A stretch of DNA of 64,000 nt from an uncultured Nitrososphaerales archaeon (GCA_963713605.1 CAVQMO010000010.1:640001-704000); one strand, 5' to 3'; positions 1-11,591 are shown, counted from the first letter of the stretch. Translations and numbers: made by a program. The notes: generated by a model not told the origin, from the sequence alone.

Positions 1-621
1 TCAGTTCCAAGGAGCATGTTCCCGTATCTATCCAGAGTAACGTTCCCAATAAGAGGAACTCTTCTACCGACATTCTGGATTGCCACATGACAGGCTTCAA
101 TTGCCAACTTGACCTCAAGTATATCTTGGCTTGTCTCTATCAGAAGAGAGTCAACCCCTCCCAAGAGCAATCCCTCGAATTGCGGTATGAACCCTTCAAT
201 AATTTGTTGTGGAGAGACCTTTCCTAGGTCCTGATCCTCTGAACTTGGCAAAAACCCTGTAGGCCCCACAGAACCAATGACGTAGCGGTATCGATCCCCA
301 AATTCATTACATACCTCCCTTGCCAATTCTTGCAGCACCTCGGTTAATTTCTACAGCTTTGTCTCCATATCCGTATTCCTTGAGCTTGAACAGATTGGAA
401 CCAAATGAATTTGTTTCAATACAGTCTGCACCTGCCATAAGGTAGTCACGATGAATTTTTTTTATCCACTCGGGTTTGGTCATATTAAGCCCATCATTAA
501 ATCCGTCGTTGCTTCCCGGGAAATCATGGGGTTGCGGATTAAGTTTTTGAATTTCAGTACCCATCCCGCCATCAAAAAGGATGATATGTTCTTGGATGGC
601 TTCGGTAAGAGATAGAGGCAT
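1..621 (-). CDS. metH: Homocysteine S-methyltransferase domain protein (MetH N-terminal part); runs off window start, indel near 310-330
   Basis: ORF 307..621 has FDGGMGT and GADCIETNSFG. Another frame continues with YVIGSVGPTG, LLIETSQDILEVK and TLDRYGNMLLGT. Confidence 0.85.
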
Positions 622-788
622 GATATATTCGAAATATGACCATATTAAAATTAATACTTTTGCATTAGATATCTTGTAAGTATTAGGAATCGTTCGATAT
701 TAATACGTAATATCGAACGTCGGACTATTTTAGACAAAGTTGGAGTTAGTTCATATTTGGTGCTATCAACATCATCATTGGCATTATC

Positions 789-863
789 GGGCTCATAGTT
801 CAGCTTGGATAGAATGGCTGCCTGCGGAGCAGTTGGTCGAGGGTTCGAATCCCTCTGGGCCCA
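789..863 (+). tRNA. tRNA-Arg (anticodon GCG), intronless
   Basis: Acceptor stem GGGCTCA/TGGGCCC, anticodon arm GCTGC-CTGCGGA-GCAGT, T-arm GAGGG-TTCGAAT-CCCTC. Confidence 0.95.
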
Positions 864-917
864 CGTCAATCTTGTCACTTTATTTAGGCCCGTGAGCATA
901 ATCTTAGCAAGTAAAAG

Positions 918-1250
918 TTGCAAAAACCAGCACTGTCAATAGTTCAAGACAATAGAGGGGGTAGGAATCACATGACGAGGTTCATGTACGCACTGAAATG
1001 TCCAGAAACAAGAAGACAGTATCCTCGACGACTAAAGGTTTTTCTCGACTTTCTTGTCTCTGACAACACTAGTTTGGACGAACAGGCTTTGAAGTTATTG
1101 AATAAAATTAGAGATAATCCTAGATGGTTTGAAGACAAGTTCATGGATTTAATTTATTTGGACATAGAGATGCAGCGCAAGCAATTCTTGCGGTATGAAG
1201 ATGATTACACGGGCCAATATAGATATCGAATTACTCAAAGAGGGCAGTAA
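918..1250 (+). pseudogene. Truncated N-terminal part of a tyrosine recombinase/integrase-like protein
   Basis: FMYALKCPETRRQYPRRLKVFLDFL resembles N-termini of tRNA-adjacent thaumarchaeal integrases (from recall). It starts 55 bp after the tRNA and has no catalytic domain. Confidence 0.55.
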
Positions 1251-1410
1251 GCGGTATCTAGCCTTATTTACGGACTAACCCACCACGTAATAGTCCTAAT
1301 ACACTAGTTTTTAGGATCTCCGGTTATTATTATATCAAGTAAATAGTGCAATTATCATTAGGGTGCTTGATAAACAATCATAGAGCATGTAAGTGGAGCG
1401 ATAACATCAC

Positions 1411-1737
1411 ATGCGAATGTCGCTGCCACGCGGTAAATCGGCGATAAAGAAGTTTCCCGGCACTGACGACCTACTACCAACTGAAGAAGAGATAAATGAA
1501 TGGACCAGAAGGTCAAGGAAGGAAGGCGTATGCGGTATAATCAATTGCTTCAACAAGCCAACCGCTCAATGTAAAAAATGCACTACCTATTATTGTTCAG
1601 AACATTTTTCCCCACACATTGACCTATTGGCAGACGGCGACTATAAATACGCTAGTTCAAATGAAGATCTAGAACGGTATATGGGTGAAATTGATGACTC
1701 TAGTTCAAATGAGGGTCTAGATGCATATATGGATTGA
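1411..1737 (+). CDS. Small hypothetical protein with Cys/His Zn-finger-like motif
   Basis: CGIINC-x7-CKKC-x4-CSEH followed by an acidic tail. Confidence 0.55.
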   Translation: MRMSLPRGKSAIKKFPGTDDLLPTEEEINEWTRRSRKEGVCGIINCFNKPTAQCKKCTTYYCSEHFSPHIDLLADGDYKYASSNEDLERYMGEIDDSSSNEGLDAYMD

Positions 1738-2336
1738 CGTTACTAGTTTAATTGATTACGGTCTGTGGTGACGCTATAGGTGAACTGGGTGCAGATTATA
1801 CAAGACAGAGTCAAACTAGTATCTGAAGGTTTTGAGGTAGCGTCAAGAATCAGGCTCAGCCTCAGACTTAAAAGAATGAAGCTCGGTAAATAATATTTGA
1901 GGTCCTCAATAAATCTGGATTGGAAGCCTAGATTTCCGTGTAGACCAAACAAGTGCCTGAATTTGCCACTTTCATAGCATTTATTGGAATTCTTATCGGA
2001 ATCCAATAGTCGCTCTATCCATTAGATGGTTAAAGAAAAGGAGAAAGCCTGTAGAGCCCTTTTATTAGACTTACCAGTAAAAGTATCCTGCAGTTATCTT
2101 GCAACCGCTGTTAAAGGTATTAGACATGAATTTCAGATTTCTATAAGCCTTTTCAGGTTACTTTTAGTGTAGCTAATGGCATCAAAGTCAAATTAGATCT
2201 AATTGTCAGGGATTTTAAGTTCGGTGTTACACTGCTTATTGACATATTGTAACATATTGAACAATCTTGACCAATCTTGAACATGTCACGTACACTCCTA
2301 GCGGGGTACGTCAAGGAGTTTCTAAGATTGTCTAAA

Positions 2337-2453
2337 ATGTCAGGTGTGTCAGGATCAAATGTCAAATCGAAAACTATTGCATTTCGAGTTACAGAAACCG
2401 ATTTTCAAGCATCGTCAGAATTAGCTCAGACAAATGGGACAGATAAACCATAA
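2337..2453 (+). pseudogene. Ribbon-helix-helix DNA-binding protein remnant
   Basis: MSGVSGSNVKSKTIAFRVTETDFQASSELAQ; TIAFRV is a typical RHH beta-strand; ends early. Confidence 0.35.
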
Positions 2454-2800
2454 TAATCCACACGTCCTTGCCCAACTTTTGCTTTCGCCAATATCATAAT
2501 GAAGATAATAACTGGGTCCAGACTTTAGACCAGGATCAGACAGTCTTTGCACTCGCAAGAGAAATTGCCAGTACTCTCATTTTAGCTATAGTAAAGACCT
2601 TAAATCAAGTATGATTGGCTTCAACTGAGATAAATCTACGTATTTTATAACCTAAAATGTAGCCAAAAATTTTAGGCAGATACTTAATCAAAAAATAGGG
2701 TCCACCAACGTAATCGAGCATTAGTAAAACAACCATATACCATTGATTCTGGAAGTTTAGAAGAGCCTCCACGAAAACACCATAATCTAAACATCTAAGC

Positions 2801-2910
2801 TTGTATGCATCGACACTACCCATAGTAGAAAGAAGTGAGAGGGGAAGGAATCAGTTGTCCAGATTCATATTCGCTTTGAAGAATCGAGTCCAGACGTCAG
2901 TATCCTAACC
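2801..2910 (+). pseudogene. Second degraded copy of the integrase-like N-terminus
   Basis: LYASTLPIVERSERGRNQLSRFIFALKN/ESRRQYP aligns with LQKPALSIVQDNRGGRNHMTRFMYALKCPETRRQYP at 918. Confidence 0.55.
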
Positions 2911-3048
2911 TTACATCCAAGACATACCAGACTAATCACTGCCCTCAGAACCGCAGTGGAGAATGGAGAGAGATCTTTGGATGAGGAAGCAATTTCGCAT
3001 GACGATTTGTTCAACACATTTAGACTAGCATTAAGTTTCTGGCATTAA
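2911..3048 (+). pseudogene. C-terminal fragment of a terminase-large-subunit-like protein
   Basis: LHPRHTRLITALRTAVENGERSLDEEAISHDDLFNTFRLALSFWH*; related pieces at 3527-3604 and 3832-3956. Confidence 0.45.
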
Positions 3049-3092
3049 TCACGGAAACTTAATGACTCGTTAGCGGAAGGGGAGAGTTCTGC

Positions 3093-3473
3093 TCACTTAA
3101 TTCTCTCGACCCACTGAAATCGCCACTCAGGTGGTTCGAATGGATCTCCAAAGTAGAGTGTTTCATGAGCGACCTTATCATCTTTGAACTCCATGATGCA
3201 CACCACATTGACTGGACGTCAGTCATATGTAATAACGTATTCAGTTACCCACAGACTTCCTTCTCCGGGTGTTCGCAGGATGTTAAAAGTAACTTTAGTG
3301 GGGTAGTGTGCCCTGAGTTTGTACAGGTTGCGTTCGCCAGAGATACGTTCGCCCGATTGTGGAAATTCAACTATGAGGTCGTCATGATAAATATCGTGCG
3401 CTGTATCTAAATCAAGTGCCACTGTGGCCTCCCAGTGACGTTCCAGAGCAGCACGTATATCGGAATTGTCCAA
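3093..3473 (-). CDS. SnoaL/NTF2-like family protein (indel near 3220)
   Basis: HDIYHDDLIVEFPQSGERISG; continues after the shift as PVNVVCIMEFKDDKVAHETLYFGDPFEPPEWR. Confidence 0.75.
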
Positions 3474-4037
3474 TACCTTCCTGAAAGGAAAGCCTAGATT
3501 ATAGTCTTCTCTCCAAAGTGATTGGGAAGGAGATGAAACCTTAGACAGAGAGGGCAGCGTCACACGATGATTTGTTCGATGCCTTCAGACTGTCCCTCCA
3601 AAGGGGATGCCAGGTCTATTGATACACTCGTGATAGTCGTGCAAAATCAAAATAACTCATCGTAAAACCTTATCTAAACTGTTGCACGTTAGCAAGCACT
3701 AAAAGAGCTTTTGAGTAAGATTGATTGAATCATGCAAATCACACCGTTTTTTAACCCGAATATTTCTTCTGCGTTATTCTGTATCCTAAGCAGATGAGAA
3801 GAGCCAATAAAAGCAATCAGGCTTACTGCTCATTCCCTTTGCAAAGCACCACAAGGAGATGTTATCGCATTGCAAAGAAATGCTTGAGGATAGGGATGGG
3901 TATGTAAATCCTAGATTCACAAAGTTACTGCGCTAATGACTGCAGTTGAAGATGGGTCGCACACACATATAATACGTGGTGACGGCCGACCAATAATACT
4001 TCAAGCATGGGAGGTCAATGTTTAAAGGAGGCTGTGC

Positions 4038-4319
4038 ATGTTAATTTCTGATATTGACAATAAAGACAACAAACTAAAATACAGATCAAAACCGGACATT
4101 ATGGCACAAATACTTACTGCGACCAAAGACCGACCATTAGGAAAGACTAAAGTTATGTATTCGGTGTTTCTTTCTAGTAATCAAACAAAAGAATACTTGC
4201 GAGAGTTACTCGCAAAAAGATTGCTTTCGTATAATGAAGTAACTAGGATGTATCAAACGACATCACAAGGAATTGAGTTCCTACAATTGTATGAACAAAT
4301 GAAAAATCTAGGTGAGTAG
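4038..4319 (+). CDS. Winged helix-turn-helix predicted transcriptional regulator (archaeal HTH_45-like)
   Basis: YRSKPDIMAQIL...KTKVMYSVFLS...YQTTSQGIEFL pattern. Confidence 0.85.
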   Translation: MLISDIDNKDNKLKYRSKPDIMAQILTATKDRPLGKTKVMYSVFLSSNQTKEYLRELLAKRLLSYNEVTRMYQTTSQGIEFLQLYEQMKNLGE

Positions 4320-4866
4320 TAACAATCGAACGTCATTCAAAAAGGATACGCCTATTACATTGTAGGCGGTCCCCCAACAAAATTGGGCTTTGAAGACAGA
4401 CGACGTGCAATATTTTCTACGGAAGACTTTAGACCATCTATGCATAAATACACAGTTGGTCGGAGTATGATAATGACTTAATATAAAGGATTCAATTAGT
4501 TTGAGAAGAGAGGCTGATCTTTTCAAAGAAGATCCCGGAAAAAAAGAATCTATTACTGTGCAATCTTTAAGTGTGCATGCGGGCACAATTGCGCAATATT
4601 TTGTCTTCAATCCATTTGTGGTCGACTGCTCAATATATGATATATCCATTCATGGTTGCTAGAAAATGGTCTTGGTTTTTTTGCAGAATTAAGTATCTCT
4701 GCATTATTTTGAGGAACTCTGAAATATCAGTTAACGTAGTATTCCCTGGAGCGAGAACAGTAAAGATAACTATAAAAAAACCATGAGTTGCGAATTTATT
4801 ATATGAGGAAAAAAATATTAAAAATATCCCGTTTTATCCGGCCTCTTATTGCCTTTATGATTGCAC

Positions 4867-5331
4867 TTAGGGAGTCACGGTTACTGGGCTAGAAACTTCT
4901 GCCTTTCCGTCGCTAATTTCAGCTGTCTTTTCTCTAATAAAATCCCAGAAATGCTTTTCAAATGCATGCGCCCTGTAAATTTCAGCTAGAGCTACTGGAA
5001 CAACAGCTAATCCTGCCGTCGCGGCTCCCCATATTGCTGTAGGTACAATTATGTCTTTACCCCATGCACCAGTTCTTAGAACTAGGTCGTAGTTCCCCTT
5101 GGTTCCGCTTATCATTACTTCTACATCTCTTATATTACCCACAACTATACTACCTTTGCTACCTTTATGCGCCTTCAAGTTCCAATAGCCGGAAGCAGTG
5201 GAAGCAGTGGAAGCAGCCGTCTCTTCATGAATAATATCTAGCTTTATTTCCTGCAAATGTTTCTTGATGAGTTCAAAAAGTCGTTCGACCTCTACGTTTT
5301 TCAAAGTTACGTGCTCTTGTCTCATACCCAA
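4867..5331 (-). CDS. Hypothetical protein
   Basis: 154-aa ORF with one hydrophobic stretch and host-like composition. Confidence 0.7.
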   Translation of the reverse strand: MGMRQEHVTLKNVEVERLFELIKKHLQEIKLDIIHEETAASTASTASGYWNLKAHKGSKGSIVVGNIRDVEVMISGTKGNYDLVLRTGAWGKDIIVPTAIWGAATAGLAVVPVALAEIYRAHAFEKHFWDFIREKTAEISDGKAEVSSPVTVTP

Positions 5332-6200
5332 CTCTATCGGAGGTCCCTATTATACATTTATGCAGCCCACTTGGGACCGTATGATTGATCATGTCTCTCT
5401 ATACGAAAATCCGTTTCTACGCATCACATCAAGATCTCAATAAGAATCTCCAGAATGACTCAACCAAATCAGTGTAATTCACCCACTAAGAGAGAGCGGG
5501 AGTCTCCCGATTTGGAATATTAGATAATCTCTCTTTCATTCCCTTTACATTCAAGACGGAATGACCTTTCTCTAATAAAGCAAACCTTGCGGCGGTTGAG
5601 AAAATGTTTGATTCGTTCATCTTACATACACAGGAGTCCGAAGTTCCTACTATGGGAACATCGAACGATTCGGTAAAGACGCTTGTGTTGCCGGCATCCA
5701 TTTATCCAGTCCTTACCTATCTGGATACTTGGAGTGAATTACACTCTTAATGTAATTACACTCCTAACAAAATAATAACAGGATAGGGTTAGCCACGTCT
5801 TGAAGAAAGTAATCTGGGCGAATGCGGGCCACTTGATTTAATATAACTATTGGAAATTACTAAAATAGGATATCGCTGTTGATTTCTTTCTAGTCCATAT
5901 CAATTGCAAGTCGAGTTTAAAATACACGTGCTTACTTCCTAGCATAAAATACTCGTGATAGTCCTAGCATAATATATACTTAATACTAAGGTTTTTTGGT
6001 TACTGGTTCTGACATCTTGTTAGAGTAGATGGATACAAAGGATTCCATATCAGAGATCGGTAATTTATGATGCCATATTTACGAAATTGGTTGTAGAAAA
6101 GGGACTTCAATATGTCAGGATTGATTAGAATTGAATTTGGCTGCAGATAACATTACACAGATAACATTACATGAGGAAAAACAGTTGGTCATCTACAGAT

Positions 6201-6632
6201 TTATTTTAGAACCAACACTTTAAGCAGTCCATCAACCAAGAGTTTTCCGAATCCGTCCTTAATGGTCGCCTTGATGGTAATAATTCTTGTAGATTCGCTT
6301 TTACCTGTAATTATGCCATCAATTATCACGTCTTGGTTCAGATAGCAAGGAGAAAGATGCTTGCCAGAATAGGAAAGCAGGAGTCCATTCTCTCCAGGTA
6401 GATGCATTCCTACCAAACGTGAGAAGAAAGATCCTATAAGCATACCGTGGCATATTCTGTGTTTGAATTCAGTTTTGCGAGCATGCTCTTCGTCCATGTG
6501 GATTGGCGCATAATCCCCGGTAATTTTTGCAAATTCATTGACCATTGATTCAGTAATACTAACTCTGAACGATTTTGTAAGGCCTTCCTCGATATCTTTC
6601 AGTGTGTATTGTGAGATGGTAGCTTCATCCAT
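6201..6632 (-). CDS. MaoC-family (R)-specific dehydratase, hotdog fold
   Basis: FAKITGDYAPIHMD and ICHGML motifs; overlaps the end of the ACP gene. Confidence 0.9.
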   Translation of the reverse strand: MDEATISQYTLKDIEEGLTKSFRVSITESMVNEFAKITGDYAPIHMDEEHARKTEFKHRICHGMLIGSFFSRLVGMHLPGENGLLLSYSGKHLSPCYLNQDVIIDGIITGKSESTRIITIKATIKDGFGKLLVDGLLKVLVLK

Positions 6633-6864
6633 TTAACGATGCACCGCGTACTGATAGTATATTTTTTATATCCTTTATCTTCTTGATGTTTAATAATTCA
6701 TTAAGAGTAAATTTTACATTAAATTTGGATTCAAGTTCCTCAAATAATATCAATCCACGGAATGAATCCCAATTTTCGATTGTTTCGGGTCCAGAATCAT
6801 CATCAATCTGAGAAACCTGCACCTCCATAATATTAGCAACAATATCCAAAAGATTGTTAGACAT
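6625..6864 (-). CDS. Acyl carrier protein
   Basis: 79 aa, acidic, phosphopantetheine site WDSF followed by ELESKFNVKF; translationally coupled to fkbH. Confidence 0.85.
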   Translation of the reverse strand: MSNNLLDIVANIMEVQVSQIDDDSGPETIENWDSFRGLILFEELESKFNVKFTLNELLNIKKIKDIKNILSVRGASLNG

Positions 6865-8616
6865 TAATCTTCATTTAGTTCAATATGACTTGTCTGTTTA
6901 ATAGGTACGTGATAAGTATACACCCATTGTTCCCCTTCCTTTTTGAACCCAAAGTTAGGTAGGAGATGCTCGCATGGTTTGTTTTTTTTAGTTGGTATGA
7001 ACTCAGCCTTGACCTTTACAACCCCTTCTTCCTTCGCCTTACTCAAGATATATCCAAGCATCACGTTCTCTATTCCTCTCCCCATTACTCTGCAGCTTAG
7101 CAGAAAAGTATCAATGAACCATTCTTTATCGGCGTGGTTTTTGTTGACAATATATACGCCGGTAATACCATTGTCGCCAAATTTGTCCTTGGTTTGCGCA
7201 CACCCGATCAATTTGGTTTGATCATGAGCAAACATTTGAACATCTTCTTCTTGATAACGATGAGTTGTAAGATTGAATTGATTGGTCTTGAGTGTGAGCT
7301 GAGCTATTCTCGGAATGGTGAAATCATTTGCCTTCTTCATCGTCACTTTGATTCCCAGTTGCTTAAGAAAATCTTCCAAATTCGAAGCAGAATTCTTTAA
7401 CTTAATTCTTTTCTGTTCCTGATTGTACATCTGACCTCTATTTTTATCTTCACTAGTCACGGCGAGGGTGTTAAAATCGTTAATTCTCATCAAGGTGGAG
7501 GCATATAAAGACGGATCATCAGGCAAATTGATCGTCATAACCTGTGGTATGGCCTTTAACATTAATTCTCTATTTACGGGGTCATCGTCAAAGTAGACAA
7601 TGCTCTCTAATCCAATATTTAATTCCTCTGCTATTTCTTTCATATTAGAAATTTTGTCGTTCCAGTTTATTTTTATAGTTGCAAAATTTTCTTCCCGAAG
7701 AACCATGTACGGATGTTCTCGAATAGCCCTTAAAGCCTCGTCTTCATTGTTTCTGCTGTTAATCGCAAGAATCAATCCTCTTTGATACAGTGCTAGAAGT
7801 ACACGCTGAAATTCCACGAACGCCATGCCAGGCGGTTTTAATGAAAGGTCAATTCGATCAAACCCATCCTCTCCAATTATGCCACCCCATAAGGTGTTAT
7901 CTAAATCAAGTACTATACACTTTCGATTTACTCCCAGGTTAGCTTTGACATATGCCATTAACTCCTCCGCTAGGTGCGGGATATGGCTCAAGGAGACCTT
8001 GATATCACCAACAAGAAATTGTCGATAATCTAAAACATTGACCTCGCCGTATTTGGACACAAAAGAATTGAAATCGAATAAGAACACTTGGGAGTCGCTT
8101 CTGAACACATCAGACAATTTGGCGTTGAAATCATATACCATGTCCCTAAGACCATATTCAGACTTGCCTTCACAGATGCCGTACGGTGAATACGTCGGGA
8201 TACTGCAATTCGTCAAGACCAATTTTGAACCGGTCCTATTTTTGAAGGCTCTGACTAAATTCACGAGATCTGCGACGCGTTTGTCAATGTAACTTCTCCT
8301 CTCGTTGACAGATATGGCATAAGGGGTATAGAAAAGAGTAGACATGACTGTTCTAGTGTCGATAATTATGAAAGTAATATCAGGAGAAAATTCATACAAT
8401 TTACTCGATTGATCAAGAATATCTTGATTGTATTGTCCATATCCGCAAATATAAGTCGCGCAGGTTATGTCGCTTTCTGCACATTTAACTCGAAGGGCTT
8501 CTTCTAAGCCATTAATCGTAAAACTGCTAAGAATAGCAATTTTGATTTTCTTTTGGAAAATCCGGCCCTCTATAGACCTTGCTTTCGCTATGAAGTACCG
8601 ATAGGTTAGGTTCCAC
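6864..8616 (-). CDS. FkbH-like HAD-IIIC glyceryl-ACP synthase/phosphatase with C-terminal GNAT-like domain
   Basis: KCIVLDLDNTLWGG, FDDDPVNRE, KTNQFNLTT and FLLSCRVMGR. The frame stays open upstream (KIAILSSFT); probable GTG start at 8616 with one indel. Confidence 0.9.
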
Positions 8617-8936
8617 CTGCGACTGCATTGACTTAGATTGTTTTGCGTTGAATTCTTATATAGATTCCGGAATAATTGACTAGGAGATTGGATCTATGTC
8701 AATACCATCTTATTCATAATTATATTGCGGTTATTATAGGTTCAACAGCGCATAGCTGAATAACTGAAGTTTTTTTATAGATTTCAAACTGAATTACAAT
8801 AAAGATGATTAATGACTTTAGGCGAGGTTTTGTACATCTCGCAAGTTAGAATTAGATTAACCCGAACGGCAAGTTAATCGAAACATCTTTACTGAATTGT
8901 CAATATTGCCATTTGTCATCTCGTTCCGCTTTACAA

Positions 8937-9935
8937 TTAGTGACCTATGCTTTTGGCAACGGTTGTTTCAGGTTTCACAAATGTATCCGCCTGAATGTGT
9001 CTTCCTGGCATGATAATGACAGATGTGCTAATAGTACAATTGTTTCCAACAAGTGCTCCAAAGCGGTCTACTCCAGTATCTATTGATTTGCCTTTCTCAA
9101 TTTCGTATGATATTTTTTGTTTAGTGGATAGAGCATTCAAGGTTGCCGCATAAGCTCCGAACCATACGTTTTCTCCTATGATGCTATCAACCAATATGTT
9201 CTGTTGTGATATTTTATCACTGCCTAATAGATAGGACCTAGCGATTTCACAGTTGAATCCTATCCTTGTTTTATCACCTAACATGCAGTTTCTAATCAGA
9301 GAGCTCATCCCGATGAAACTGCCTTTACTAATATACGTGGGTCCTTTTATTTTGCAAAAGTCATCGATTGTAACGTCATCTTCAATTATGCATGGACCAT
9401 CAATAACAGTAGATTTGGATATTGATGCATTTGGTGATATTGATGCATGCCTCACTTCATCTTGCAAAATCTTTTGAATTACATAATGAAGGTCCCAAGG
9501 ATATTTGATTGGATTTATTAAGATGTTTTTTTCTTTTTCTGATTGTAAATACCATATGGCTGAATTTAGTGGTATTTCCAAAAAATCCATATTCTCTTTG
9601 ATTGATATGCTGTAACTACGAGCAGCGGTACTATTATTGTCGATGTCATTAGATGAATTGCTATCATTAGATCTGATATCATCATCCTCATCCTCATATT
9701 CCTCCACATCAATTGCTGAAAAATTATCTTGAAGTAGCTTCAAAGTGGTACCGCATTTGGAAGGTACTTTAATTCTATGAATATTCTGAATCCTACTTGC
9801 TATGCTTACATTCCGAACTATTAGCGGTTGGTGGTGCAATACTTTAAGAGAAGAGACGGGGGTTTGGCTTTCATTCTCATTTGTATCTACAATTGAATGT
9901 AGAAAATGCTTAGATCGGCGAAAGATCAGCTCCAT
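8937..9935 (-). CDS. GlmU-like left-handed beta-helix acyltransferase with degenerate N-terminal domain (copy 1)
   Basis: YPWDL followed by hexapeptide repeats (IDGPCIIEDDVTIDDFCKIKGPTYI); no GxGTR nucleotidyltransferase motif. Confidence 0.7.
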   Translation of the reverse strand: MELIFRRSKHFLHSIVDTNENESQTPVSSLKVLHHQPLIVRNVSIASRIQNIHRIKVPSKCGTTLKLLQDNFSAIDVEEYEDEDDDIRSNDSNSSNDIDNNSTAARSYSISIKENMDFLEIPLNSAIWYLQSEKEKNILINPIKYPWDLHYVIQKILQDEVRHASISPNASISKSTVIDGPCIIEDDVTIDDFCKIKGPTYISKGSFIGMSSLIRNCMLGDKTRIGFNCEIARSYLLGSDKISQQNILVDSIIGENVWFGAYAATLNALSTKQKISYEIEKGKSIDTGVDRFGALVGNNCTISTSVIIMPGRHIQADTFVKPETTVAKSIGH

Positions 9936-10034
9936 ATTGCAATGTAGATATATACAAGTGGACTAGTTTAAATCAATTTGTGTTTACATAATCATGAATT
10001 GCCTTACTCATGTCTTGTATGGAGAAGTTATCTT
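8989..10034. repeat. 1046-bp direct repeat, copy 1
   Basis: Matches 13473..14518 at a constant offset of 4484; about 12 substitutions seen. Confidence 0.95.
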
Positions 10035-10576
10035 CTTTATGAAATAAAGTCTATCCTATCTATTTCATGATATGCGCCATTATCCCCTTTTAAATATATT
10101 ACAGTTACTTTATGGCTGGATCCGACTTCAAATTAGAAACTGTAAAGTAGTTTCTAGTCTCAATCAAAACCTCCCAGAATGCTAAAAAATATTATGGAGC
10201 TTCATAATCAGTATGTATTCTGCCTAAAATAATTAATTAAGATCTGATGTACTATCACAATTTTTAGCATTGTTGGAACCATTTCTAACAAGTGGTAATG
10301 ACGACTAGTAAGTTATGTAGCATTCTGAAGTACTGGTAGGAATAAATTTTGTCATTTAGCCGTTTAGATTGTCGATCATCTTGGATGAATCTATTAGAGA
10401 TTCACGGAAACAATATTGCTATACAAGCAGATAATATTCGCTTATGTCACCTCAGGATATTAAAGGATCATACTATGGATTGACTGATTCAATACAAAAG
10501 TGAATCTCATATCTACCAAAGTCGATTCATTTGGCTCGTAAACATTAAAAAGGAGGATGCCTATTACGCTATTAAA

Positions 10577-10687
10577 ATGTCAGCGGCAACTGAAATAAGA
10601 TGTCCACAATGCAATAGTCTTTATGTTGCACCAAGCCCTGAGAATAAGAATAGGCTCGAGTGCAAGGAATGCGGCACACTCTTCTGA
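10577..10687 (+). CDS. 36-aa zinc-ribbon microprotein
   Basis: MSAATEIRCPQCNSLYVAPSPENKNRLECKECGTLF*, two CxxC motifs. Confidence 0.7.
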   Translation: MSAATEIRCPQCNSLYVAPSPENKNRLECKECGTLF

Positions 10688-10936
10688 TAGGATTAATTAT
10701 TATCTGATAACTTGGCAGATAGCCAATTTTAATTGATTCAATCTAGGCGACTAATTCGATACTAAAGTGCTCAACCTCGTTCCAAACAACACCTATTTCA
10801 ACATTCTTTAATTGTGTTGTTCTGAACAAATGGCCAACTAAAACACTAGTATTCTGTATAATAGGAACGTTATCTTTATAATTCATTGAATATGTGGAAC
10901 ACTTTAATTACTCTATTTTACGAATGTGTAAAAGAA

Positions 10937-11065
10937 ATGGAAGAAATTCAAAAAGCAAATTGCTCTTCGTGTGGAACGTCATTTATGGGACAGAATGAAG
11001 CCACCATATATCCATCATGCTCTGCGGGGCAACAAGACCATTGACACAATGGCTGTGGCTGCTGA
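10937..11065 (+). pseudogene. Degenerate small Cys/His-rich metal-binding protein
   Basis: MEEIQKANCSSCGTSFMGQNEATIYPSCSAGQQDH*HNGCGC*; internal TGA. Confidence 0.4.
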
Positions 11066-11255
11066 CATTGACCTAAGCAGAGTTTAACATTCTTTTTTTG
11101 AATTACTAGTCTTTAGGGACTGAATGCGAGCCTTCGCAACTAAGGTAAGGGACTGATAATTTTCCGTGGGAAACATGTTTTTACTATATAAACTAATTGA
11201 ATTGACCTTGTCCCAAGAATTGGATATGTGCATTAGCGTATCCGAATACACCTGA

Positions 11256-11591
11256 TCATTTTCCACCATTTCCAATAGTATCTTCATAACATCCTCTAAC
11301 TTCTGCTCTTGTAGGTTCTTCTTTAAAGTAATTGGGCTCGGTGCTCGACAAACTATTGTCGACAACCTCTTCGATACAATCGTAAAATAGTGGAAGCTCA
11401 TTATTTAAGTTAGAATTCCCTGTATTGATGGGGATAAGCGGTACTGCCTCACCAAAAGCAATGCCTACTGTTGGGGTTTGAGATAGTGCGAATGCACCAA
11501 TTACCATCAGGACAGCAAAAATACCTGTCACCTTGGTCACAAGAAACACTTTTGATTCATTCATACTTATTGTCTTCCCAATAATTGCCAA
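11256..11591 (-). CDS. Small secreted or membrane-anchored hypothetical protein
   Basis: N-terminal hydrophobic segment and two Cys (FYDCI, VRGCY). Confidence 0.65.
   Translation of the reverse strand: MAIIGKTISMNESKVFLVTKVTGIFAVLMVIGAFALSQTPTVGIAFGEAVPLIPINTGNSNLNNELPLFYDCIEEVVDNSLSSTEPNYFKEEPTRAEVRGCYEDTIGNGGK

Noticed and set aside
651..923. 90-aa ORF on the minus strand
   Set aside because: Antisense to tRNA-Arg; spurious.
6943..8292. Plus-strand ORFs overlapping fkbH, and similar antisense ORFs elsewhere
   Set aside because: Shadow ORFs opposite well-supported genes.
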